Shown here: positions 13,217-21,496 of the stretch, piece after piece
Position numbering within the stretch: position 1 is the stretch's first letter
Layout: the number at the start of each line of letters is the position of its first letter
Source of the DNA: Acidimicrobiia bacterium
Lineage (GTDB): Bacteria; Actinomycetota; Acidimicrobiia; Spongiisociales; ZC4RG35
Length of the DNA: 24,000 nucleotides
Reading direction: 5' to 3'
Assembly: GCA_049692815.1 (NCBI GenBank)
Contig: JBAVPF010000549.1
Span: forward strand, 1 to 24,000
Translations under genes and position numbers: made by a program
Notes under the pieces: generated by a model
Databases searched by the model: none
What the model was told of the DNA's origin: nothing
What the model saw: only the letters and a program-made list of their open reading frames with translations

Positions 13217-13762
13217 GTGACCGCAGAAACCAAGCCCGAACCGGTCCCTCGGGACGAGGAGTTGGACATCAGTCATGAGTCTTTCGAGAGCTTCTACCGC
13301 AGGGAGTTCAGAGAAGTGGTCGGGCTCGCCTATGCACTTTCAGGGAGCCGGCTCGGTGCCGAGGACCTTGCGCAGGAGGCGTTCATCGCCGCCCATCAGC
13401 GTTGGGACCGGATCAGTGGTTACGACAAGCCCGGGGCATGGGTTCGACGTGTCGTGTCGAACAAGGCGGTCTCGGCATTCCGCAAGAGGGCCGCAGAGGC
13501 CAAGGCAATGACCCGTCTGGCAGGTCAACGTCACCAGCCCCTGCCGGAGATGGAACCGGAGGACGAGGAGTTCTGGCGGATGGTGCGTCGCCTGCCCAAC
13601 CGACAGGCACAGGCGATCGCTCTCTTCTACATCGAGGATCGGTCCGTGATCGAGATAGCCGACATCCTCGACTGCAGTCCTTCCACTGCAAAGGTCCACC
13701 TCTTTCGTGGCCGCCAGGCGTTGGCCGAAAAGCTGGGTCTGGAGGTGACCGATGAGTCGTGA
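13217..13762 (+). CDS. ECF (group 4) sigma-70 family RNA polymerase sigma factor
   Basis: Region 2 (FYRREFREVVGLAYALSGSRLGAEDLAQEAFIAAHQRWDRISGYDKPGAWVRRVVSNKAVSAFR) and region 4 (NRQAQAIALFYIEDRSVIEIADILDCSPSTAKVHLFRGRQALAEKL). GTG start at 13217; an in-frame TTG at 13259 is an alternative. Confidence 0.85.
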   Translation: MTAETKPEPVPRDEELDISHESFESFYRREFREVVGLAYALSGSRLGAEDLAQEAFIAAHQRWDRISGYDKPGAWVRRVVSNKAVSAFRKRAAEAKAMTRLAGQRHQPLPEMEPEDEEFWRMVRRLPNRQAQAIALFYIEDRSVIEIADILDCSPSTAKVHLFRGRQALAEKLGLEVTDES

Positions 13763-14663
13763 CCTCGATACCCGTGCGCGGCGGGCCGCTTCCAACCTGC
13801 GCGATTCCATGTCGGACGCCCAGCTCAGCTCGGTCCAGCCCGGGGCGCCGAGACGACGCCGCGCACTGATCGCCGTATTGCGCCCGGCATGGGTGGTGGC
13901 CCTTCTGCTCGTGGGATCCGCAGTCGGCCTGGCAATGGTGCTCGACTCTCCACCTGCGGCGACCCCGACGACCGAGGCTCCGGTGACGAGCACGACCGTC
14001 GTGGTCACGACAACCGCCGCACCGACGGTCACCAGCGAGCCTGCTCCGCCCACCACGGCGGCTGTGGTGCCCGTCGCACCGACGACGACGGAAGCTGGTG
14101 ACACAGAGCCTCCGCCACTCGCGATCACCTCACCGGAGAACGGCGCCGAGTTCGAGAAGAAGACGATCACCTTCGCCGGCACCACCGAGCCGGGAGCACG
14201 GGTTTTCGCCGGGAAGTACGAAGCCGATGTCGACGGCGAGGGCAACTGGCACATCGCGCTGATCCTCGGCGAGGGGAAGAACGTCGCCAGGTTCGTGGCC
14301 CGAGACCAGGCCGGGAACGAGGCCGAGGCTTCGGTGACCGTCTACTACGTCGCCCCCACCACGACGACCACGAAGCCGGAGACTCCCACCACCGAGAAGG
14401 AGTTGGCGGCATTCACCGCCAACCAGAGCTACGGGTCCTGCTCGGAAACCCCGCCGTATGACGTGTTCTACGGGAAGGGTGAGCCGGGGTCCTGGGTCGA
14501 TATCACCTCCGAGTACGGATCGGCAGAGCTTCAGGTGGGAGAGAATGGCCAGTGGGAAAAGAAGGTGTATTTCGAAACGGCCCCTGCCGGGACGCCTTTC
14601 GGTGTGCGGATCGCCGACCAGTACGGGCGGGTCCTCGAGTTCCAATTCGTCTACACCCCCTGA
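13752..14663 (+). CDS. Single-pass membrane protein translationally coupled to the ECF sigma (anti-sigma candidate): short cytoplasmic N-terminus, TM, PT-rich linker, Ig-like domain, TT-rich linker, conserved unnamed C-terminal domain
   Basis: ATG 13752 overlaps the sigma stop (13760-13762) by 11 nt. TM segment ALIAVLRPAWVVALLLVGSAVGLAMVL. Ig-like block ITFAGTTEPGARVFAGKYEADVDGEGNWHIALILGEGKNVARFVARDQAGNEAEASVTVYY. C-terminal domain FTANQSYGSCSETPPYDVFYGK...VGENGQWEKKVYFETAP. No recognisable zf-HC2 or other anti-sigma domain. Confidence 0.75.
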   Translation: MSRDLDTRARRAASNLRDSMSDAQLSSVQPGAPRRRRALIAVLRPAWVVALLLVGSAVGLAMVLDSPPAATPTTEAPVTSTTVVVTTTAAPTVTSEPAPPTTAAVVPVAPTTTEAGDTEPPPLAITSPENGAEFEKKTITFAGTTEPGARVFAGKYEADVDGEGNWHIALILGEGKNVARFVARDQAGNEAEASVTVYYVAPTTTTTKPETPTTEKELAAFTANQSYGSCSETPPYDVFYGKGEPGSWVDITSEYGSAELQVGENGQWEKKVYFETAPAGTPFGVRIADQYGRVLEFQFVYTP

Positions 14664-14747
14664 CAGGCCCCGGTTTCACCCCAAGCACTGTGCCATAGGC
14701 GCGGTGGAGGGATATCCCGAGATCTTTGACACCGGCTGACCGAACGG

Positions 14748-17036
14748 CTATTCGCTCAGAAGCCTCGGCGGCTCGTGGGAGCGCACCGGAGGTGCCGGCC
14801 CGGCGAACCGTTCGACTTCCACGAGACAGGTTTGAGCAGTTGGCCCCTGGGCAAGTGAGGACGTACCCATGTCTCTGGTGAGGACGTTCGGATTCCCCGC
14901 CCTGTCAATGCCCCCCGGCTCGGTGGGATCCCACCAGGCCCCTGTGGGGAGCTGGACCACACCTCTCATCAGGTCTTCCCGGATGGCGACCGCCGCCAGC
15001 GTCGCTCCCCGATCGTTGAAAACCCTCACCAGATCGCCATGCACCAGATCCCGGTCGGAAGCGTCTTCGGGGCTCATCCCGATCTGCTCTCTCCCATCGA
15101 CCTTGCCTCTGAGGCTGATCTCCCCGTGGTCCCACTGGGAGTGGAGACGGGTCTTGGGCTGATTCGAGATCATGTGTAGCTGACCGTCTCTTGCGTTGCC
15201 GAGCCACTCGGCGGGCTCCAGCCACGAAGGGTGGGGAGGGCAGTCGTCGAGACCGAAGCTCTCGATGGTGTCCGAATACAGCTCGATCCGACCCGATGGT
15301 GTCTTCAGAGGCGCACCGCCAGGGTCCTGGCGGAAGGCAGCCACCTGTGACGGGACCGGCGGATACCACTCGGCCGGGATCTGGAAATGGCCGGCGTCCT
15401 TCAGCTCTCCCAGCGTTGGGAAGTCCGGGTGCGACTCGTGAAATCTGCCGTAGAGGTGCTCGAGCCACTCGGTGACCGACCGGCCCTCGGTGAATGACTC
15501 ACCCGAGCCGAGTCGAGCAGCCAGCTCGGAGAAGATGTCGTAGTCGTTTCTGGCTTCACCGACCGGATCGATCGCCCGCTCCATCCAGAAGATGAAGTCG
15601 TCCATGCCACTTCCGCCGATGTCCTCGCGTTCGAGGGTCGTCGTTGCCGGGAGCACCACGTCGGCATGACGGGCGAGGGCGTTCCAGAACGGCTCGTGAA
15701 CCACGATCGTGTCCGGCTGCTGCCAAGCCTGTGCCAGGCGGTTCAGGTCTTGATGGTGGTGGAACGGGTTGCCGCCTGCCCAATAGACCAGTTTGATCTC
15801 CGGATAGGTGAGACGCCGGCCGTTGTAGTCGAATTCCTCCCCGCCGTGGAGGAGGAGATCGGCGATGCGGGCGACCGGGATGAAGTCCGACACCTCGTTC
15901 CTACCCTGTCCGAGACGGGGAAGGTCGTGGTATCCGACTCCGTGCCCGTTCAGGCCGACTGCCCCGTAGCCGTAGCCGACCCCGCCACCGGGGAGACCGA
16001 CCTGGCCGAGCATCGCGGCGAGGGCCGCGGCCGCCCAGTAGGGCTGCTCGCCGTGGTCGTTTCGCTGTACCGACCAACTGACGGTGATCAAGGTCCGATT
16101 CCGGGCCATATCCGCCGCCAGTGAGCGGATTCGATCGGTGTCGACTCCGGTGATGGCGGCCGCCCACTCCGCACTCTTGGCCGTGCCGTCGCTGTCCCCC
16201 GTCAGATATGCCCGAAAGCGGTCCCACCCGTGACAGAAGTTCCGGAGGAAATCTTCATCGTGGTCGCCGGCAACCAGGAGGCTGTGAGCCAAACCGAGCA
16301 GGACGGCGGTGTCGGTGGCCGGACGGACCGGGATCCACTCCGCCTCCACCTCCTCGATCAGGTCCTCCGCCAGAGGGGAGAGATTCACGAAGCGGACACC
16401 ACGGTCGCGGCAAGTCTCCAGACGACTGGAGAGCATGTGCCGCCCCTGACCTCCATACTGGACCTGGCTGTTCTTGACCGGCATCCCTCCGAACGCCACC
16501 ACGAGCTCGGTGTGCTCGGCGATCTCGGCGAAATGCGGCATCTCGTCGACGTAGTCATCGAAAGAGATGCCGAAGATGTGTGGTGTGATGACGTGACCGG
16601 CGGCAATCGAATAGTCGTCGACCGAATAGGTGTAGCCGCCGATCGTGTTGAGGAATCGATGGATCTGGCTCTGGGCGTGATGGAATCGGCCGGCGCTGGC
16701 CCAGCCGTAGCTGCCCCCGAAGATGGCCTGGTTGCCGTATTCGGTGCGAACCCGGTCGAGCTCGGTGGCGAGCATGTCGAGGGCGACGTCCCAGTCGACT
16801 TCGACGAAGGGCTCCCAGCCGCGCCCTTCGGGATTCGACCCCGGCCCGTTGCGGTACCAGGACTCTCGTATCGAAGGCCGGGCGATTCGACTGCGTCGGA
16901 CAGCTTTTAGCGACTGACCTATCAGCGAGGGATCCGGATCCTTGGCGAACGGATGCACGGCCGTGATCTCACGACCGTCGGTCTCTACTTCGTAGGCACC
17001 CCAGTTGGTGAGGGTCCGGTGGCGGGTGGTCGTCAT
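14748..17036 (-). CDS. Cytoplasmic molybdopterin (bis-MGD) S-/N-oxide reductase, BisC / biotin- or methionine-sulfoxide reductase-like (DMSO reductase family)
   Basis: 762 aa. N-terminus TLTNWGAYEVETDGREITAVHPFAKDPDPSLIG is typical of BisC-type enzymes. No Tat signal and no N-terminal Cys cluster. Molybdopterin-binding core blocks (VVAFGGMP, YWAGGNPFHHHQD, HEPFWNALARHADVVLPATT) and a C-terminal MopB_CT-like beta-barrel (GDLVRVFNDRGA). Confidence 0.85.
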   Translation of the reverse strand: MTTTRHRTLTNWGAYEVETDGREITAVHPFAKDPDPSLIGQSLKAVRRSRIARPSIRESWYRNGPGSNPEGRGWEPFVEVDWDVALDMLATELDRVRTEYGNQAIFGGSYGWASAGRFHHAQSQIHRFLNTIGGYTYSVDDYSIAAGHVITPHIFGISFDDYVDEMPHFAEIAEHTELVVAFGGMPVKNSQVQYGGQGRHMLSSRLETCRDRGVRFVNLSPLAEDLIEEVEAEWIPVRPATDTAVLLGLAHSLLVAGDHDEDFLRNFCHGWDRFRAYLTGDSDGTAKSAEWAAAITGVDTDRIRSLAADMARNRTLITVSWSVQRNDHGEQPYWAAAALAAMLGQVGLPGGGVGYGYGAVGLNGHGVGYHDLPRLGQGRNEVSDFIPVARIADLLLHGGEEFDYNGRRLTYPEIKLVYWAGGNPFHHHQDLNRLAQAWQQPDTIVVHEPFWNALARHADVVLPATTTLEREDIGGSGMDDFIFWMERAIDPVGEARNDYDIFSELAARLGSGESFTEGRSVTEWLEHLYGRFHESHPDFPTLGELKDAGHFQIPAEWYPPVPSQVAAFRQDPGGAPLKTPSGRIELYSDTIESFGLDDCPPHPSWLEPAEWLGNARDGQLHMISNQPKTRLHSQWDHGEISLRGKVDGREQIGMSPEDASDRDLVHGDLVRVFNDRGATLAAVAIREDLMRGVVQLPTGAWWDPTEPGGIDRAGNPNVLTRDMGTSSLAQGPTAQTCLVEVERFAGPAPPVRSHEPPRLLSE

Positions 17037-17064
17037 TGGGCTCGGTCAATCTAGTTGTGGAGGA

Positions 17065-17101
17065 GGGGGAGCATCCTCAGCGTGCGGACGCTCCCCCTTT
17101 T
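17065..17101. terminator. Hairpin with adjacent T-tract between the secreted-protein gene and the oxidoreductase gene
   Basis: GGGGGAGC (17065-17072) pairs with GCTCCCCC (17090-17097) across a 17-nt loop that can itself fold (AGCGT-ccgc-ACGCT on the minus-strand RNA). TTTT follows on the plus strand (AAAA precedes on the minus strand). Flanking genes are on the minus strand, so the function is uncertain. Confidence 0.3.
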
Positions 17102-17112
17102 GCCTGATGCTT

Positions 17113-17667
17113 CTATGTGCTCGGGCAGTCGCGGACTCGTGGGTTGAAGTCGGCGAACTTGCCTGAAGGGTTCCATTTCCACACCCACAGATGGAGGATG
17201 TACACCGGTAGGTACGAGTGGTGATGCAGCTCCTGGCCGAACAGGACCGGCGGGCTGACCGGATCCACGAACTCCTCGGGGATGATGTACTCGAGGGCCA
17301 CCAGGCGGAGCCGGCCGTGCCTGCCCACCTCATAGACCAGCGCCTCCGGATCCGCCGGGTTGAGGATGGCGTCGATGTTTCTCACGTAGTGGACACCCAT
17401 GCCGCCCGTCGGGCTGTCGAAGCAGGTGATCTCCTCACCCCGAATGGTCAGAAGTGTGCCGCCGACGTCTTCGGGAATGGCAAAGGGCACGAAGCCATCG
17501 TGAATCGCCTTGGAGACCCGTTGATATCGGGCGGTCGCCTTGCGGGCCTGGGCTACCTCCTTGCGGCTGTCGCGGTCGACAGAGTGTGTTCCATGCGCCT
17601 GGGCCGGGATGGCCGCCACGAGCACCATCAGAGCCGTTAGCACGGCCAATGAGGTCGTCCTTCTCAT
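17113..17667 (-). CDS. Secreted hypothetical protein, His-rich conserved C-terminal half
   Basis: Signal peptide MRRTTSLAVLTALMVLVAAIPAQA|HG. Blocks GGMGVHYV and HHHSYLPVYILHLWVWKWNPSGKFADFNPRVRDC resemble actinobacterial hypothetical secreted proteins. No named family recognised. Starts 8 nt after the DUF4242 stop. Confidence 0.65.
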   Translation of the reverse strand: MRRTTSLAVLTALMVLVAAIPAQAHGTHSVDRDSRKEVAQARKATARYQRVSKAIHDGFVPFAIPEDVGGTLLTIRGEEITCFDSPTGGMGVHYVRNIDAILNPADPEALVYEVGRHGRLRLVALEYIIPEEFVDPVSPPVLFGQELHHHSYLPVYILHLWVWKWNPSGKFADFNPRVRDCPST

Positions 17668-17675
17668 CGCAGCCC

Positions 17676-17927
17676 CTAACTGTGCTCGCTGACCGGGTAG
17701 ATCTCGTCGGCGACGAGACCGTGGGCCTCCCGGTGAACCGTGTTGGCGTCTTCGGCGCTCCCGGCCTCGACGAGGCAGAAGATCTTGCCGGCTTCCTCGT
17801 CCACCCAGTATCTGAGGTAGGACACGCCATACTTGCCCTGGGTCTCGAGATCCTTCATGTGGGCGCCGGCCACGTCTGCGGCCGAGACCCCTCCATCGAT
17901 GTTGTGGACATCCATGAACAGTGACAC
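17676..17927 (-). CDS. DUF4242 domain protein (SCO4226-like small ferredoxin-fold protein)
   Basis: MSLFMDVHNI...AHMKDLETQGKYGVSYLRYWVDEEAGKIFCLVEAGSAEDANTVHREAHGLVADEIYPV matches the DUF4242 pattern as I recall it. GTG start with AAGGAGG 5 nt upstream. Confidence 0.75.
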   Translation of the reverse strand: MSLFMDVHNIDGGVSAADVAGAHMKDLETQGKYGVSYLRYWVDEEAGKIFCLVEAGSAEDANTVHREAHGLVADEIYPVSEHS

Positions 17928-18048
17928 GTGCGCCTCCTTCTCATTCTCGAAATCGCACGTTGTCGAACGTATGGAGCGCTCGAGGAGATGTCATCGGGGG
18001 GACACCCCTAAATCTGCCGGTCGCACCCCTATTTCTGAGGGCGGGATG

Positions 18049-20604
18049 TCAGAGCAGACCCTGCGACCCTGCTGACCTGACGGCTTCTTCCCGGGTGGAA
18101 GCATCCAGCTTGACGAGGACTGCCGAGACGTGATTCTCAACGGTTCGTCGTGAGAGAAAGAGTCGGTCGGCGATCTCCGGGTTGGAGAGACCTTCTCCCA
18201 GGAGTTGAAGCACCTCCGCCTGGCGTGCAGTGAGACCGGCAGCATGCTCGCGGGTGGCACGCCCCTTTCCCCGGGGAACGGCCACACCCTGGTCGCGAAG
18301 GTCCTTCCTCACTTTGGAGGCGACGGCGTGGGCGCCGAGGGAGTCGAGTATCTCGAGTGACCGGAACCGGGCTTCTCGATCTCCCCTCGTGAGGGCTACT
18401 GCCTCCTCGTATGGCATTCCCTTCTCCGCCCAGTGGGCAGCGGCAAGCTTCCACTCGCCTGCGATTGCTTGGGCATGAGGTCTGGGCAGCCCAACGGGGG
18501 CCTCCCCCAACTCTCCCAACATCCACAGCCAAGAGGCGAGGGCGCCCGACGGCCATGGGAATTCCTGAGTCAAGCCCCGCCCAACGAGCTCGCGGCACAT
18601 CTCAGCCCGATCCTTTGTCATGTTCCCGTCGAGCCAACTCTCCTCCGCCAGAGCAACCGCCACGTGCAGCAGGTAGTCGATCTCGTTGCTCTGCTCGGCT
18701 ATCTGCCAGGCGGCTCGAAGGCTCTCCCGAGCGCCCGGGCGACCGCGTCGCATCCGCAGGAGCCCTTGAATGCGTAGGAGGTGAACATCGGCGTTGGCAT
18801 GAGAACCGAGGTTCTCGGTGACCAAGTCGTCGGCCTCGCCCCACCGCCCTTTTCTCACCAACGCATCGGCGTAGACCGCGTTCGCCTCGATCTCCAGGAA
18901 GGAAAGCTCATATCTGATCGCCACTGCACGGGCACGCTGGGCCACATCCTGCTGGAGGTCCACATCGTCTTGTTCCTGTCCGGTGTAGGCGAGACTGCGC
19001 AGGGCGGTGACTTCCTCGTAGCGGTGCATTCCCACTTCGGCCCTGCGCCGGGCCTCCTCGATGAGATTGCGCCCGCCCGGGTCACCACGTACGTACTCGA
19101 GCAGACCCTTCACTACTTGAGCCTGAATGACGGCAACCTCGCTCCCGGTGGCCTCACCCATCTCGATCGCTCTCTCCACCATCTCGTCGGCACGGCGGCC
19201 CTCACCTTGGTGTATGAGGAGATCGGCATATCTGGCAAATGCTTCGGCGAGGTCGCGGCTTTCACCACCCGGCTCCAGGACGCGAATCGCTTCGACTGCA
19301 TAGGCTTCCGCCGCAGTTGTGCGGGCATGAGTCTCGTTGACCGCGACGGCCAAGGCGAGGGCCCCTGCCAGCTCACGGTCCGAGCTGTGGCCGCGGTGGA
19401 GATCTATGGCCCTGTCGAGAAGATCCACTGCCTCCGGATTTGCCAGGAAGTACTCGATCTCGCCCCACTCGGTGAGAATCCGAGCCTTCTCCCGGTCCGA
19501 CAGTCGGTCCATGTAGGGCTGGATGGCGCGGTAGTGAGCGGAGGCCTCACGATGACTGGCCACCTCGGCGGCCCTTCTCGCCGCGATCGGCGCCAACTCG
19601 ACCAACTTGTCTATATCCCCGGCTCCCACTGCGTGGTGAACCAAACGAGCCGGGTCGGTACCGTCCGGCAATACGTCCAACACCTTCTTGTGGATCCTCA
19701 CGCCCTCGCTGATGGTCAGGGAGGCCTCGATGGCCCGTCGGATCAACTCGTGGCGGAACCCGACCGTCTCACCATCCACCTCCAACAAACCGTGATGCTC
19801 ACCTTCTGAGATCCCGGCCTCGATGTCGCCGAACAGTGACTCGAGCTCGCTTCGGTTGGTCCTCTCCGGGATGACCGAGAGTTGAAGCAGAAGCGCTCTG
19901 GCCATCGAGGAAAGGCGCCCGACCCTCGCCATCACGGAGTCGCGAACCGAGGAAGGGACCTCGTCGCCGACCGACAGAGCCATCTCGGTGACGTAGAAGG
20001 GGTTGCCCTTTGTCGCTTCGAGGACCCTGTCGGCATCGAGACCCGAGTTGGACAGAATCCGGGCGACACTCAGACGGGAGAGCCCACTGAGCTCGATCCT
20101 TGTGACACTCTCCGACGGGAGTGCCCCCAGAACCGTGCGGAGAGGATGTTCGAAGTCCACTTCCTCGTTCCGATAGGTGAGCAACATCAAGGCGTTGGTT
20201 CGTGCGAAACGACGACCGACGTACTTGATTGCATCCAGGGTCGCTTCGTCCGACCAATGAGTGTCTTCCACAACGATTACGGCGGGTTGGGGCGATCCCG
20301 TGCACAGCTCGAGAAAGGCCTGCATCGCGACGTGACGATCACCCGCCTCCAGAGCCTGACGCAGCGGGACGTCCTCACGAGCCATGTCCCACAGCGGGCC
20401 GAACGGCCGTGGTGTCTGAAGATCGTCGCAGAAGCCGAGGTGGACCCGGGCCGAGTCACCAATCGAGGTGAGAAAACCCCTCACCAACGAGCTCTTGCCT
20501 ATGCCCGCCTCGCCACGGATGAGCACGACCTTGCCGCCGGAGTGGGGCAAGTCTTCGAACAGGCTGTGGAGGAGGTCGAGCTCCTCCTCCCTCTCCAGAA
20601 GCAT
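18049..20604 (-). CDS. LAL-type (large ATP-binding LuxR family) transcriptional regulator
   Basis: N-terminal AAA/STAND ATPase with Walker A GEAGIGKSSL and Walker B-like VIVVEDTHW. Long helical/TPR-like middle region. C-terminal LuxR HTH LTARQAEVLQLLGEGLSNPEIADRLFLSRRTVENHVSAVLVKL. Confidence 0.9.
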   Translation of the reverse strand: MLLEREEELDLLHSLFEDLPHSGGKVVLIRGEAGIGKSSLVRGFLTSIGDSARVHLGFCDDLQTPRPFGPLWDMAREDVPLRQALEAGDRHVAMQAFLELCTGSPQPAVIVVEDTHWSDEATLDAIKYVGRRFARTNALMLLTYRNEEVDFEHPLRTVLGALPSESVTRIELSGLSRLSVARILSNSGLDADRVLEATKGNPFYVTEMALSVGDEVPSSVRDSVMARVGRLSSMARALLLQLSVIPERTNRSELESLFGDIEAGISEGEHHGLLEVDGETVGFRHELIRRAIEASLTISEGVRIHKKVLDVLPDGTDPARLVHHAVGAGDIDKLVELAPIAARRAAEVASHREASAHYRAIQPYMDRLSDREKARILTEWGEIEYFLANPEAVDLLDRAIDLHRGHSSDRELAGALALAVAVNETHARTTAAEAYAVEAIRVLEPGGESRDLAEAFARYADLLIHQGEGRRADEMVERAIEMGEATGSEVAVIQAQVVKGLLEYVRGDPGGRNLIEEARRRAEVGMHRYEEVTALRSLAYTGQEQDDVDLQQDVAQRARAVAIRYELSFLEIEANAVYADALVRKGRWGEADDLVTENLGSHANADVHLLRIQGLLRMRRGRPGARESLRAAWQIAEQSNEIDYLLHVAVALAEESWLDGNMTKDRAEMCRELVGRGLTQEFPWPSGALASWLWMLGELGEAPVGLPRPHAQAIAGEWKLAAAHWAEKGMPYEEAVALTRGDREARFRSLEILDSLGAHAVASKVRKDLRDQGVAVPRGKGRATREHAAGLTARQAEVLQLLGEGLSNPEIADRLFLSRRTVENHVSAVLVKLDASTREEAVRSAGSQGLL

Positions 20605-20691
20605 GGCACGAGACTACAAGTCGACCTCTTGGTGAGGATCTTCGTATCTGCGGCATCCCGATTCCAGGCTCCGAGGGGAGCCCGGCTCGAC

Positions 20692-20721
20692 TTAACGATG
20701 CCCGGCCGGCGCCTGTAGAGT
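20692..20721 (+). promoter_or_regulatory. Possible sigma-70-type promoter for the tRNA gene
   Basis: TTAACG (20692-20697), 18-nt spacer, TAGAGT (20716-20721, TAnnnT type), about 25 nt upstream of the mature tRNA 5' end. Hexamer match only. Confidence 0.25.
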
Positions 20722-20745
20722 TGTGGATCCTTGACTACCAGTCCG

Positions 20746-20820
20746 GGGCCCATAGCTCAGCCCGGTTAGAGCGCATCCCTGATAAGGATGAGGTCCGTGG
20801 TTCAAGTCCACGTGGGCCCA
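20746..20820 (+). tRNA. tRNA-Ile (anticodon GAU)
   Basis: Hand-folded cloverleaf. Acceptor GGGCCCA/TGGGCCC, D stem GCTC/GAGC, anticodon stem CATCC/GGATG with loop CTGATAA (anticodon GAT), T stem CGTGG/CCACG with loop TTCAAGT, discriminator A. CCA is not encoded (followed by CCC). Confidence 0.9.
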
Positions 20821-20883
20821 CCCCCGAACCCCCAGGCGAGCCACGGGGAGACCCGCATCTGACGAGGGACGACGCCGGATGCG

Positions 20884-21075
20884 CTACTCGGGTTTGAAGA
20901 TCTCCTCGATCGTTTGGTTGAACACCGCGGCGATCTTGAATGCGAGGGGCAGCGAAGGGTCGAATTTCCCGGTCTCGATGGCGTTCACTGTCTGCCTGGA
21001 GACCTCCAGCGCGTTAGCCAGGTCAGCCTGTGTCAAGGCTCGTTCCGCCCGCAATACCTTTAGTCGGTTCTCCAT
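20884..21075 (-). CDS. Small XRE-family helix-turn-helix transcriptional regulator (YozG-like)
   Basis: MENRLKVLRAERALTQADLANALEVSRQTVNAIETGKFDPSLPLAFKIAAVFNQTIEEIF is the canonical HTH_3/HTH_26 short regulator sequence. Confidence 0.85.
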   Translation of the reverse strand: MENRLKVLRAERALTQADLANALEVSRQTVNAIETGKFDPSLPLAFKIAAVFNQTIEEIFKPE

Positions 21076-21076
21076 G

Positions 21077-21496
21077 TCAGCTGTACCGGCGGTATCCCAC
21101 CAACACGGCCACGATGTATGCGGCGGTCATCGCGACCGGAATGACCACGGTCGGGCTCTTTGTGACGAGTTCGGCCGCTTGAAGGAGACTGTGAGTGAAG
21201 GCAGAGACGAACCCGGCACCGACTGCCCAGGCGAGGGCGTCCATGTGGATCCGTCGAATCAACTCGTCTGTGCTTCGAAGAAACCGGCGGTAGGAAAGCA
21301 CCCATCCCACCCCGAGCAATGTCACGCCCGCGATCACCAGGAGTGCCGCGGGTTCTCCTTCGATCCAATCGGAGTCGAAAGCCAGGTCGGCCGCGAGGAA
21401 GCTCAGCACCCAAATGAGGGACCAGACAACGATCCCACCCCGGATTCTCGAATGACCCTTGGCATTCAGCCAACTGCTCGGTCGTTCGTCACCCAT
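21077..21496 (-). CDS. Integral membrane protein, upstream partner of the XRE regulator
   Basis: Four predicted hydrophobic helices. The stop (21077-21079) is 1 nt from the regulator's ATG (21075). I prefer ATG 21496 (MGDERPSSW...) to the track's 21571. No family recognised. Confidence 0.6.
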   Translation of the reverse strand: MGDERPSSWLNAKGHSRIRGGIVVWSLIWVLSFLAADLAFDSDWIEGEPAALLVIAGVTLLGVGWVLSYRRFLRSTDELIRRIHMDALAWAVGAGFVSAFTHSLLQAAELVTKSPTVVIPVAMTAAYIVAVLVGYRRYS

